Shown here: piece after piece, positions 17,194-25,847 of the stretch
Layout: each line of letters begins with the position of its first letter
Numbering within the stretch: position 1 is the stretch's first letter
Assembly: GCA_041310335.1 (NCBI GenBank)
Contig: JBFYXW010000063.1
Span: forward strand, 7,079-71,078
Direction of reading: 5' to 3'
DNA length: 64,000 nucleotides
DNA from: Syntrophaceae bacterium
GTDB taxonomy: Bacteria > Desulfobacterota > Syntrophia > Syntrophales > PHBD01
Notes under the pieces: generated by a model
Told to the model about the DNA's origin: nothing
What the model saw: the letters and a program-made list of their open reading frames with translations, nothing else
Databases searched by the model: none
Made by a program: the position numbers and the translations under genes

Positions 17194-18417
17194 TTACACC
17201 TTCAGGATGACCGCCTCGCCCTGGGCCAGGCCGCCGCAGATGGCGGCGACGCCGATGCCGCCGCCCCGGCGCTGCAGCTCGTAGGCCAGGTGCATGGTGA
17301 TCCGGCAGGCGCTGGCCCCGACGGGGTGGCCGATGGCAATGGCGCCGCCGTTGACGTTCGTCTTTTCCTGGAGGGCCTTCCACTTCGCCTCGTCGCCCTC
17401 CGCCAGGATCTTCGTGGACACCAGCGGCATGGCGGCGAAGGCCTCGTTGATCTCGATCAGGTCCATCTGGTCGATGGTCATCCCGGCCCGCTTCAGGGCG
17501 GCCTGGATGGTCAGGGCGGGAATGACGGCGATGTCCCGCGGTTTCGTCGCTGTCCCGACGGTGGCCAGAATGGTGGCCAGGGGCTTCAGGCCCTTTTCCT
17601 CCGCCTTCCTCCGCGTCATGAAGAGGATGGCGCTGGAGCCGGCGCTGATGGGCGGGGCGTTCCCGGCGGTGATCGTCGGGCTGCCATAGACGGTCTTCAG
17701 CTTCGCCAGGGCTTCCAGGGTCGTCCGCCGGGGCGACTCGTCCCGGTCGATGACGATGGGTTCCCCCTTCTTCTGGGGAATGACCACGGGCAGGATCTCC
17801 TCTCCCACCTTGAACTTCCCGGCGGCGAAGGCCTGGGCGTAGCGCTCCTGGGTCTGGCAGGCCCAGGCGTCCTGCATCTCCCGGGTGACCCCGTACTGCA
17901 GGGCGACCTCCCCGGCGTCGACCGAAACGGGAGAAAACCCCTTGGCACCATACCCCAATTCGAACAGGCCGTCTATCAGGCGGATGTGGCCCAGCCGCGT
18001 GCCCTTCCGCAGACCCGGGGCCAGGTGGGGGGTCCGGGGCATGTTCTCGGAACCGACGGCCATGCAGATCTCCGCCTCCCCGGCCCGGATGGCCAAGGCT
18101 CCCAGGCGCAGGGCCGTCAGGGAGGAACAACAGGCCCGGTCGAGGGTGACGGAGAGGCATTCCGCGGGGAAACCCGCCAGGAGGGAGGCCTGCCGCGCGG
18201 GGATGTCCGTCTCCAGGGCCATTTCCGCCATGACGCAGCTCCCGTAGTTGATCTCGTCCACTTCCTCCGGCTTCACGCCGACCCGCCCGATGACCTCCTT
18301 CATGACCAGGACGGCCAGGTCGATGCTCGCGATGTCCGCCATGGCGGTGTCGAATCGGCTGAAGGGCGTCCGGACCGCGCTGACGATGACAATTTCATCC
18401 TTGTCGTGGTGACTCAT
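17194..18417 (-). CDS. Acetyl-CoA C-acyltransferase (thiolase)
   Basis: VSAVRTPF, the active-site LDRACCSSLTAL, NEAFAA, GHPVGASA and CGGLAQG. Confidence 0.9.
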   Translation of the reverse strand: MSHHDKDEIVIVSAVRTPFSRFDTAMADIASIDLAVLVMKEVIGRVGVKPEEVDEINYGSCVMAEMALETDIPARQASLLAGFPAECLSVTLDRACCSSLTALRLGALAIRAGEAEICMAVGSENMPRTPHLAPGLRKGTRLGHIRLIDGLFELGYGAKGFSPVSVDAGEVALQYGVTREMQDAWACQTQERYAQAFAAGKFKVGEEILPVVIPQKKGEPIVIDRDESPRRTTLEALAKLKTVYGSPTITAGNAPPISAGSSAILFMTRRKAEEKGLKPLATILATVGTATKPRDIAVIPALTIQAALKRAGMTIDQMDLIEINEAFAAMPLVSTKILAEGDEAKWKALQEKTNVNGGAIAIGHPVGASACRITMHLAYELQRRGGGIGVAAICGGLAQGEAVILKV

Positions 18418-18443
18418 GGCTTCATCCTTTCCTTATCCCGGAT

Positions 18444-19211
18444 TTACTTCGCCGCCATCCGGATTGCCCCGTCCAGGCGGATCACTTCCCCGTTGAGCAT
18501 CGTGTTCTCGATGATGTGCCTGGCCAGCAGGGCGTATTCCATCGGATTCCCGAGCCGCTTCGGGAAGGGGACGCTCGCCCCGAGGGCGTTTCGCGCCTCC
18601 TGGGGCAGCAGGGCCAGCATGGGCGTGTCGAAGAGCCCCGGGGCAATGGTCATCACCCGGATGCCGTACTCGGCGCACTCCCGGGCGATGGGCAGGGTCA
18701 TCCCCACCACGCCCGCCTTCGAGGCGCTGTAGGCGGCCTGGCCGATCTGGCCGTCGAAGGCCGCCGCCGAGGCGGTGTTGATGATGACGCCCCGTTCGCC
18801 CTCGGCACTCGGCGCGTTCTTGGCCATCTGCTCCACCGCCAGGCGGATGATGTTGAAGGTGCCGATGAGGTTGATCTGCACGACCCAGATGAAGGCGTTC
18901 AGGGGATAGGGCCCCTTCTTGGAGAGGACCTTGGAGGCGGCCCCGACGCCGGCGCAGTTGATGGCGGCGTTGATCGTCCCGAAGGCCCCCACCGCCTTGG
19001 CGATGGACGCCTGGACGCTCTCCTCGCTGGTCACGTCCGTCTTGGCGAACAGGCAGTTGCCGCCCAGCTCGGCGGCCAGGTTGGCTCCCCGCTCCTCCTG
19101 AAGATCGAAAATGACCGCCTTCGCCCCCTCCTTCACGAGGGTCCGCACGCAGGCCTCCCCCAGTCCGGATGCTCCTCCCGTTACCACGGCAATGCAATCC
19201 TTCACGTTCAT
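18444..19211 (-). CDS. SDR-family 3-hydroxyacyl-CoA dehydrogenase (HSD10 / 3-hydroxy-2-methylbutyryl-CoA dehydrogenase type)
   Basis: [15 protein letters not shown] and [12 protein letters not shown]. The overall layout, with LFDTPML and a C-terminal [13 protein letters not shown], is characteristic of type-2 HADH. Confidence 0.85.
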   Translation of the reverse strand: MNVKDCIAVVTGGASGLGEACVRTLVKEGAKAVIFDLQEERGANLAAELGGNCLFAKTDVTSEESVQASIAKAVGAFGTINAAINCAGVGAASKVLSKKGPYPLNAFIWVVQINLIGTFNIIRLAVEQMAKNAPSAEGERGVIINTASAAAFDGQIGQAAYSASKAGVVGMTLPIARECAEYGIRVMTIAPGLFDTPMLALLPQEARNALGASVPFPKRLGNPMEYALLARHIIENTMLNGEVIRLDGAIRMAAK

Positions 19212-19313
19212 GAATCCTGATCCTCCTTTGCAATCATGATGTATCGGATGAATATCGGTACCCGCCCGCCGGGCGGCGGGATCGGCCCCTCCGGCCCGGC
19301 AAGCGGATGCACT

Positions 19314-20495
19314 TCAGCGGAACAGGCCCGCCGCCTCCATCTCCCCGATCTCGGCGTCGCTGTAGCCCGCCTCCCGGAGCACCGCCGCGGTGTCGGTTCC
19401 CGTCGGAACGCCGACGTGGCGGAACTCCGGCTTCGTGGCGGAGAACTTGATGGGACAGCCCAGTTGCCGGACCTTCTCGCCGGACGGGAGGGGGACCTCC
19501 ACGACCATCTCCCGGTCCGCCGCCAGCGGGTCCGCGAAGGCCTCACCCATGGTCAGCACCGGCTCCGTGCAGGCGTCCGTGGCGTCGAACAGGGCCTTCC
19601 ACTCCGCCAGGGTCTTCGTCCGGAAGGCGGCCCGAATCTCCTCCTTCACCTGGGCGATGTTCTTCGGGGACACGGTGCCGGCGATCAGGTCCGGTCGGCC
19701 CAGGGTGTTGCAGAAGTTGGCGAAGAACTGGGGCTCCAGGGGACCGCAGCTGAGGTACCGCCCGTCCTTCGTCTCGTAGTAGTCGTAGAGGGAGCCGCCG
19801 TTGAGGAGGTTCCCCTCGAAGCCCGGCTCCTTCCCGTCCACCAGGAAGGCGGCGCCGAACATGGCGTTGAAGGCGATCATCCCGTCGGTCATGGAGATGT
19901 CGACGAACTGCCCCTTCCCCGTCTGCTGCCGGCCGAAGACAGCGGCGAGGATGCCGACGACGGCGTGGTTGGACCCGGAGGCGACATCGGCGATCTGCAT
20001 GCTCACGAGGGAAGGCCCCGACGCCATTTTCCCCGTGTAGGAGGACACGCCGGAGCGGGCGATGTAGTTGATGTCGTGCCCCGCCCGGTCGCGGAGCGGC
20101 CCCGTCTGGCCGTACCCGGTGATGGAGCAGTAGACGACCCGGGGGTTGACCTTCGCAAGGGCCTCGTAGTCCAGGCCGAGCTTGCCCATGACGCCGGGCC
20201 GAAACTGTTCGACGACAACGTCGTAATTCTGGAGCAGGCGGTGCACCACTGCGACGGCCCGGGGCTCCTTCAGGTTGAGGGCCATGTTCCGTTTGTTCCG
20301 CCCGAGGTAGGCCGACGCGGCGGAGAGCTTCGTCCCCGGGACGAACGGCGGGAAAAAATCCACCAGGTCCGGCCGGGACGGCGACACGATGCGCAGGACC
20401 TCCGCCCCCATGTCCGCCAGGAGCATGGTGGCATACGGCCCCGGCAGCAATGTCGTGAAATCGAGAATCTTCAGTCCCTGAAGCGGTCCGGCCAT
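19314..20495 (-). CDS. Family III CoA-transferase fold protein, alpha-methylacyl-CoA racemase (Amacr/Mcr)-like
   Basis: LKILDFTTLLPGPYATMLLADMGAEV, AGHDINYIARSGV (catalytic His context), IADVASGS (Asp context), GKGQFVDISMTDG, EPQFF and EWKALFDATDACTEPVLT. These closely parallel the Amacr blocks I know. Confidence 0.8.
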   Translation of the reverse strand: MAGPLQGLKILDFTTLLPGPYATMLLADMGAEVLRIVSPSRPDLVDFFPPFVPGTKLSAASAYLGRNKRNMALNLKEPRAVAVVHRLLQNYDVVVEQFRPGVMGKLGLDYEALAKVNPRVVYCSITGYGQTGPLRDRAGHDINYIARSGVSSYTGKMASGPSLVSMQIADVASGSNHAVVGILAAVFGRQQTGKGQFVDISMTDGMIAFNAMFGAAFLVDGKEPGFEGNLLNGGSLYDYYETKDGRYLSCGPLEPQFFANFCNTLGRPDLIAGTVSPKNIAQVKEEIRAAFRTKTLAEWKALFDATDACTEPVLTMGEAFADPLAADREMVVEVPLPSGEKVRQLGCPIKFSATKPEFRHVGVPTGTDTAAVLREAGYSDAEIGEMEAAGLFR

Positions 20496-20526
20496 GATCC
20501 CCTCCTTTCTTCAGCCTTCGCTGATC

Positions 20527-21669
20527 TCAGAGCCCCATGAATTTCGAAATGATGCCCTTCATGATCTCATTGGTTCCCGCGAAGATCCGGGTCACCCGGA
20601 TGTCCCGCCAGGCCCGGGCGATGGGGTACTCCTCGCAGTATCCATATCCCCCGTGCAGCTGGACGCACCGGTCGGCCACGCGGCAGGCCATTTCGGTGAC
20701 CCAGTACTTGGCCATGGACGTCTCGACAACGACGTTCTTCCCCTCCATGTGGTCGGCAATGAGCTTGTCGACGAAGGTCCGTCCCAGCTTGATCTCCGTG
20801 GCCATCTCGGCGAACTCGAACTGGCTGTGCTGGAACTTGGCGATGGGCTTCCCGAAGGCGGTCCGCTCCCGGCAGTACTTGATCGTCACGTCGAGCATCA
20901 ATTCCGCCGCCACCTCGGCACCTAGGGCACAGACGAGGCGCTCCTGCTGGAGCTTCATCATCAGGTTCACGAAGCCCGACCCCTTCGCCCCCAGGCGGTT
21001 CGCCGCGGGGATCCGGCAGTCGGTGAAGTACAGCTCCGCCGTGTCCTGGCTGTGCCAGCCCACCTTCTTGATCTGCCGACCCTTCTCGAAGCCCGGCGTG
21101 CCGGCGTCGACCAGGTAGAGGTCCACCGCCCGGTGGGGGTTCTCCACCGCCGGGTCCTTCGCCGCGATGACCAGGAGGTCGCAGTTGATGCCGTTGGAGA
21201 TGAAGGTCTTCTGGCCGTTGATGACGATCTCGCCGTCCTTCTCCACGGCGGTCGTGCGGATCGCCGCCAGGTCGCTCCCCGTGTTGGGCTCCGTCATGGC
21301 GACGGCGGTGATGCAGTCACCGGTGACGCAGCCCGGGAGGTACTTCTGCTTCTGCTCCTCCGTGCCGAAGGAGAAGACGTAGGGCACGATGATGTCGCTG
21401 TGGAGGGAGGCCGCGAGGCCCGAGAAGTTGGTCTTCGCCATCTCCTCGCAGACAATGACGGAGTACAGGAAGTCCCCGCCTGCCCCGCCGTACTCCTCGG
21501 GAACCCAGGTGCTGAGGAAGCCGTTTTCCCCCATCTTCTGCCAGGAACTCTTGGGGACGATGCCCGCCTCCTCCCACTCCTCGATGTGGGGGATGATCTC
21601 CTTCTCCAGGAAACGCCGCAGGCTCTCGCGAAAAATCTTGTGTTCATCCGTGTAATGCAGAATCTCCAT
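20527..21669 (-). CDS. Acyl-CoA dehydrogenase
   Basis: 380 aa. MTEPNTGSDLAAI, FISNG and the C-terminal QLHGGYGYCEEYPIARAWRDIRVTRIFAGTNEIM. Confidence 0.9.
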   Translation of the reverse strand: MEILHYTDEHKIFRESLRRFLEKEIIPHIEEWEEAGIVPKSSWQKMGENGFLSTWVPEEYGGAGGDFLYSVIVCEEMAKTNFSGLAASLHSDIIVPYVFSFGTEEQKQKYLPGCVTGDCITAVAMTEPNTGSDLAAIRTTAVEKDGEIVINGQKTFISNGINCDLLVIAAKDPAVENPHRAVDLYLVDAGTPGFEKGRQIKKVGWHSQDTAELYFTDCRIPAANRLGAKGSGFVNLMMKLQQERLVCALGAEVAAELMLDVTIKYCRERTAFGKPIAKFQHSQFEFAEMATEIKLGRTFVDKLIADHMEGKNVVVETSMAKYWVTEMACRVADRCVQLHGGYGYCEEYPIARAWRDIRVTRIFAGTNEIMKGIISKFMGL

Positions 21670-22002
21670 TGCTCTCCTCCCCTTCGTATCGGTCTACGCG
21701 TAAATACAGATTCCCAGATGCCCCTTCCAGAAGACCGCACTCACAGCCTTCCGGACTCGTGACGAATGATGCACGGGACCCATCCAGCCCCCTCCGGATC
21801 GGGATGTCGTCAAAGACCTTCCGATCCCCCGTCCCGGCGAGCGGAGCGTCCGTTTCTGAATCGGGCGCCCATGCTCGAGGCCCCGCGGTTCTTCTCCCCG
21901 CGGGTCGATCACCTGCACCAGCCTCCGCTTGCATCGGGGGCGCTCCGGGACGGTTTTCAATCGGGTGCGATCGATGCGAGCAGGGTGCGGCGTACGGACG
22001 GG

Positions 22003-22653
22003 TCACGCCTTTTCGAGGTCGCCCTTGCCCTCCCGCTGGACAAAGGCGGGAATCAGGACAAATTTCAGGACTTCCTTCACGTGGGCCATGTATGCTTCCC
22101 GATCCAGTCGGGTCATGGCGCGGAAGTAAGCCTCGCCGGAAATGTAATTGTAGATTCCGTTCATGACCGCCAAAACTTCCAGGAGCGGCCTGGCGGACGC
22201 ATTTCGCTTGTCCTGGATCAGGTTCATGGAGCGGGCAATATCGGCCACGAATTCGGGAACTTGGATCTCTTGCAGGGCCTCCTCCCGGGTGCGGCCGAAA
22301 TAGCGGAAGAGGATCAGGTTGGGGATTTCCGGGTGTTCGAAAAGAAAATCCGTCATGGTATCGATGGAGATGGCCAGGCGTTCGGCCAGGGGACGACCGT
22401 GGACCATCTTCTCGACATAGCGAAGGCTCTGCCCCAGGTCCTTGTTGATATCCAGGACGACGGCCTCGTAGAGGTCCTTTTTGTCGCCCCAGTGGTAATG
22501 GAGGGTGGAGATGTCGATGCCCACTTCCTGGGCGATCATGCGGGTGGTGGTCCCGTGGTAGCCGTATTCCCCGAAGATCCGCCGGGCGGCGTCGAGGATC
22601 CTGGCTTTCATCGATTCGGGATCTTGACGGGCTTTTTCCAGGGCCGTTTTCAT
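22003..22653 (-). CDS. TetR/AcrR-family transcriptional regulator
   Basis: HTH region ARILDAARRIFGEYGYHGTTTRMIAQEVGIDISTLHYHWGDKKDLY. Start set at ATG 22653 (MKTALEKA, with GGAG 9 nt upstream). The longer track start at 22692 lies inside the operator palindrome and has no RBS. Confidence 0.85.
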   Translation of the reverse strand: MKTALEKARQDPESMKARILDAARRIFGEYGYHGTTTRMIAQEVGIDISTLHYHWGDKKDLYEAVVLDINKDLGQSLRYVEKMVHGRPLAERLAISIDTMTDFLFEHPEIPNLILFRYFGRTREEALQEIQVPEFVADIARSMNLIQDKRNASARPLLEVLAVMNGIYNYISGEAYFRAMTRLDREAYMAHVKEVLKFVLIPAFVQREGKGDLEKA

Positions 22654-22661
22654 CGACGGGC

Positions 22662-22705
22662 TCCATCCGACAGTTCCATCCGTTGATTCCATCGAACGAT
22701 GGAAT
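22662..22705. promoter_or_regulatory. Putative TetR operator: inverted repeat ATTCCATCG-AA-CGATGGAAT plus two direct TCCATCCG half-sites
   Basis: The 9-N2-9 inverted repeat lies at 22686-22705. Additional half-sites TCCATCCG lie at 22662-22669 and 22675-22682. The IR overlaps the -10 and the predicted +1 of the tetR promoter. Confidence 0.6.
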
Positions 22706-22732
22706 TCTAGCGGGTAACATCCCTCCTGTCAA
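22704..22732 (-). promoter_or_regulatory. Sigma-70 promoter of tetR (TTGACA-N17-TAGAAT)
   Basis: Minus strand: TTGACA (22732-22727), an exactly 17-nt spacer, then TAGAAT (22709-22704), about 50 nt upstream of ATG 22653. Confidence 0.65.
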
Positions 22733-22779
22733 GAGGGAAATCTGTAGAAGTCCCACACCTCAGAAGAGCATTGCAATCT

Positions 22780-22907
22780 CGGAGGCGCGGTCGGGGGTTG
22801 CCAGAGGGATCATTGGGAAGCATTTCCATCTCTGCGGCGCCTCGGCTCATGAGCGGCGGACCGCGGAAAAGCTGCCGCGACCGGCGGCCCCCCCGTGACA
22901 GCCCCCG
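22780..22907 (-). repeat. Copy B of the roughly 125-bp structured intergenic repeat (partner at 5862..5988, plus)
   Basis: The reverse complement aligns by eye with 5862..5988 at about 85% over the 5' 47 nt and about 78% over the 3' 51 nt, with an unalignable loop of about 30 nt between. The stem arms are GGCAGCTTTTCC (22876-22865) and GGAAATGCTTCC (22827-22816). The element lies just upstream of the tetR promoter, in the same orientation as tetR. Confidence 0.7.
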
Positions 22908-22934
22908 TGCCCGGAACGGTGTTGATTGTCCGTC

Positions 22935-22962
22935 TTGACGAAGAGGGAGAACATGGTAAAAT
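22935..22962 (+). promoter_or_regulatory. Putative sigma-70 promoter (TTGACG-N16-TAAAAT)
   Basis: TTGACG at 22935-22940, a 16-nt spacer, then TAAAAT at 22957-22962. It is about 200 nt upstream of the PagL-like gene, so the linkage is uncertain. Confidence 0.35.
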
Positions 22963-23163
22963 GCCCTGAATCGGAAACTCCAAGCCTCCCGCCTCCCCGC
23001 AAGGACAAGGGCGCGGGAACCCTTCGCATCAAATGTCCATCGGCCTGCCGGCGTGCATTCCTCCGGCGGCTGCGGTTTTTCGACCTGACCGACTGTTCAA
23101 AACCCCTTATCCTTTTTGAACGACCGCCCGGGCAATCCGGGCCTTCCGGGGAGGAATCGCCTC

Positions 23164-23763
23164 ATGAAGACGCAACATCGAAAGGCCCTCCAGGCGACGA
23201 TCACGGTGCTTGTCCTGGCCGTCTTCACCACGCCGATTCCCGCAGCGGCGGACACAAGGGGAGACTGGGCCGTCACGGCCTACGGCGCCGTCCAGACCCA
23301 CAGCGACCTCTGGGAAATGTTCCACAACCCCGATTTCGAAAACAATTACCACTTCCTGGCCGTGGCGCTTTCCCGGAGGATCCACTCCCTGTCTCGGCAC
23401 CTCGACCTGGAGGTCGAGGGCCAGGCGGTCAAGCACTTCGGAGACCAGAACCACTGGGAGTTCAACGCGCTCCTCGCGCTCCGGTGGAACACCTTTCCCT
23501 GGGACTCCTACCTCGACACGAGCTTCGCCTTCGGCAACGGCCTCTCCTACGCCACCCGGACGCCCAGGATCGAGGAGGTCCAGCACGAGAAGACCCACGC
23601 GTTCCTGGACTACATGCTCTTCGAACTGGCGCTCTCCCTCCCGCAGGAACCAAGGTGGAGTCTGGTCTGGCGGATTCACCACCGGTCGGGCGCCTTCGGC
23701 CTTTTCAACGGCGTGCGCGGGGCCTCCAACGCCCTGGGCATGGGCTTGAAATATCATTTCTAG
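23164..23763 (+). CDS. Outer-membrane beta-barrel protein, PagL / acyloxyacyl-hydrolase-like (lipid A deacylase family)
   Basis: Signal peptide MKTQHRKALQATITVLVLAVFTTPIPAAA. Alternating beta-strand pattern and an OMP-type C-terminus GLKYHF. RIHHRSGAFG resembles the H-x-S catalytic motif of PagL (IHYSNAG). Start trimmed to ATG 23164. Confidence 0.5.
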   Translation: MKTQHRKALQATITVLVLAVFTTPIPAAADTRGDWAVTAYGAVQTHSDLWEMFHNPDFENNYHFLAVALSRRIHSLSRHLDLEVEGQAVKHFGDQNHWEFNALLALRWNTFPWDSYLDTSFAFGNGLSYATRTPRIEEVQHEKTHAFLDYMLFELALSLPQEPRWSLVWRIHHRSGAFGLFNGVRGASNALGMGLKYHF

Positions 23764-23873
23764 GGGAGCGGTTCTTGACGGCGCATCTTCCCGTCTTCAA
23801 GCGCTGCGTCGACCGGTGCCTGCAGGGAAGGGGCTACGAACCGCTGGGGTGGGAATGAGGGACGACGGTCCTG

Positions 23874-24893
23874 TCAGCGGGACGCCGTTTCGACGAACAG
23901 GGGGAGGAAGACGGCCAGGTCCTCCACGATCCCGTACCGGGCCACCCGGAAAATGGGCGCCGCTGGATCCCGGTTGACGGCGACGATGCAGCGGGAGCCC
24001 TTCATCCCGGCCAGGTGCTGGGACGCTCCGGAGATCCCGCAGGCCAGGTAGAGGTCCGGCGCCACGGTCCGGCCCGTCAGGCCCACCTGGTGCCGGTACC
24101 CGAGCCACCCCTGGTCGCAGACGGGACGGGACGCCCCCACGGCGGCGTTCCGGAACAGGCCGGCCAGGCGCCGGATCCACTTCAGATTTTCCTCCCCGCC
24201 GATCCCCCGGCCAGCTGCGACGATGACGTCCGCCTCCTCCAGGTCCATCCCCTCCCGCTCCCCCAGCCTCTCCCCGCGCAGCGTGATTCTCTTCCGCCCC
24301 GGGGCGGCCTCGCGCAGCAAAACGGCAGCGGCCATGCCTCCCGGATCGGACGCGACCGCGGCGGATTCCTCCTCACCGGGGCCGGTGAAGCCGGGCAGAA
24401 CGGTCAGGACCGCGCAGGGCGTTGCCGGCTCGACCTCCATCCGCATGCGCCCCCGGCAGACGGAGCGCAGGAAGGTCCACCGGCCGTCGCGGAAGGCGGA
24501 CTCCTCCACGGCGGTGATGCAGGCCGCCCCGAGACGGACCGCCAGGGCGGGTGCCAGGTCGGCCCCCCTCGTGTCATGGGCCAGGACGACATGGACGGGA
24601 TCGATATCCCGGATGAGGGAGGCAAGGGCCAGAACGGCGTCTTCTCCGCAGGACGGGTCGGCGTCTCCCCCCCGGAGGGCAAGCACGGCCAGCCCGGTCC
24701 GGGCGGAGACTTCCTGGGCTGCCGCTTCCGGGTCGGCGCCGCAGAGTGCGACGGCGGCGCGCCCGCCCGCTCCTCTCTCCAGAAACCGGGCCGCGGCGGC
24801 GGCCTCGAATGTTGCCGGGAGGATGCCGGTTTCGTCGCACCAGCCGACGGCCACACTCGTAAATACGTTCAGGGGAATGCAATCGTCAGCCAT
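23874..24893 (-). CDS. etfA: Electron transfer flavoprotein, alpha subunit (no adjacent beta subunit)
   Basis: C-terminal FAD-binding block [15 protein letters not shown]...[11 protein letters not shown]...[47 protein letters not shown]. Confidence 0.85.
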   Translation of the reverse strand: MADDCIPLNVFTSVAVGWCDETGILPATFEAAAAARFLERGAGGRAAVALCGADPEAAAQEVSARTGLAVLALRGGDADPSCGEDAVLALASLIRDIDPVHVVLAHDTRGADLAPALAVRLGAACITAVEESAFRDGRWTFLRSVCRGRMRMEVEPATPCAVLTVLPGFTGPGEEESAAVASDPGGMAAAVLLREAAPGRKRITLRGERLGEREGMDLEEADVIVAAGRGIGGEENLKWIRRLAGLFRNAAVGASRPVCDQGWLGYRHQVGLTGRTVAPDLYLACGISGASQHLAGMKGSRCIVAVNRDPAAPIFRVARYGIVEDLAVFLPLFVETASR

Positions 24894-24902
24894 CGCGTGA
24901 AC

Positions 24903-25277
24903 CTATTGCGAACGCTTTTCGCGGAGCTTCGCCTCTTTTTTCTCCTGCTTCGCCAGCGCCTTCAGGGCCTTCTTGTCCATACCGGATCCCGGGGCCGGCA
25001 GGCCTTCCGGGGACGGCTCCGCTTCCCCGGACCCATCGGCAACGGCACCGCCGCTGGTCCTGGGCGGTCCGTCCGGCGCGGGCAGCGTGCCTGAACCGCC
25101 GGGGCCGGCCGTGCCGGCAGGCCCGGCGGGACCGGACCTGGACGCAGCATCCGCCTTCTTTTTCCGCATCCGGGCCATGACCGCCTGGGCGGAACTTTTG
25201 CCGAACTGGCCGATGAAACCCGCCAGGAGTACCAACAAAACCCATGTGAGGATGTCCCACGCGGCGATGTCCGTCAC
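24903..25277 (-). CDS. Hypothetical single-TM protein with a Pro/Gly/Ala-rich disordered region and a Lys-rich tail
   Basis: WDILTWVLLVLLAGFIGQF is the TM segment, followed by low complexity and KKALKALAKQEKKEAKLREK. 4-nt overlap with mobB and 9 nt before etfA. The coding call rests on operon packing. Confidence 0.5.
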   Translation of the reverse strand: MTDIAAWDILTWVLLVLLAGFIGQFGKSSAQAVMARMRKKKADAASRSGPAGPAGTAGPGGSGTLPAPDGPPRTSGGAVADGSGEAEPSPEGLPAPGSGMDKKALKALAKQEKKEAKLREKRSQ

Positions 25278-25801
25278 GGCGCATCGCCCCCCAGAACAGT
25301 CCGCTCGATGAAATCGCAGAGGGCGGGAATGTCGTCGGGCCCGAACCGGGGCACCTCGCAGGGGATGGGCGATCCCGAGACCACGGCGACGCAGCGGTCA
25401 TCGGGCCCGCAGAGCCGATCGGGGTGGACTTCCGGCCGGAACACCTCGATCTTGGGGTGGGGATTTTTCTTGAATCCTTCGGCGAGGACGAGGTCCGCGT
25501 CGCGGATGTAGCGGTCCCGGAGTTCCTCCATCGTGTAATCCCGGGGGACGTCCTCCACGAGGGCGACCTGGTGCGGGGAGGCGACAACGGTCATGCGGGC
25601 CCCGGCGTGCTTGTGGCGCCAGCTGTCCTTCCCCTCATGGTCCATCTGGAAACCGTGGCGGTTGTGCTTGATCGTGGCCACCCGCCAGCCCCGCCGGACC
25701 AGCTCCGGGATCAGGCGCTCGATGAGGGTCGTCTTGCCCGTGTTGGACTTGCCGACGATGGACAGGATGGGGATGCCTCTTCTTCCGGGACTGCCGCTCA
25801 T
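25274..25801 (-). CDS. mobB: Molybdopterin-guanine dinucleotide biosynthesis adapter protein MobB
   Basis: ILSIVGKSNTGKTTLIERLIPEL (P-loop), ATIKHNRHGFQMDHEGKDSWRH and LVLAEGFK. Confidence 0.85.
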   Translation of the reverse strand: MSGSPGRRGIPILSIVGKSNTGKTTLIERLIPELVRRGWRVATIKHNRHGFQMDHEGKDSWRHKHAGARMTVVASPHQVALVEDVPRDYTMEELRDRYIRDADLVLAEGFKKNPHPKIEVFRPEVHPDRLCGPDDRCVAVVSGSPIPCEVPRFGPDDIPALCDFIERTVLGGDAP

Positions 25802-25847
25802 GGAACCTCGCCTCCCGGCCGGGCGGGCCCGCCCGGCCGGTCATCCT

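Noticed and set aside
24894-24902. Recent 38-kb inversion (about 24.9 to 63.0 kb) as the explanation for the separated etfA and etfB
   Set aside because: I found no inverted repeats or mobile-element scars at either putative breakpoint. Both genes sit 9 nt behind the preceding stop in their current operons. I therefore report the split as an observation only, not as a rearrangement call.
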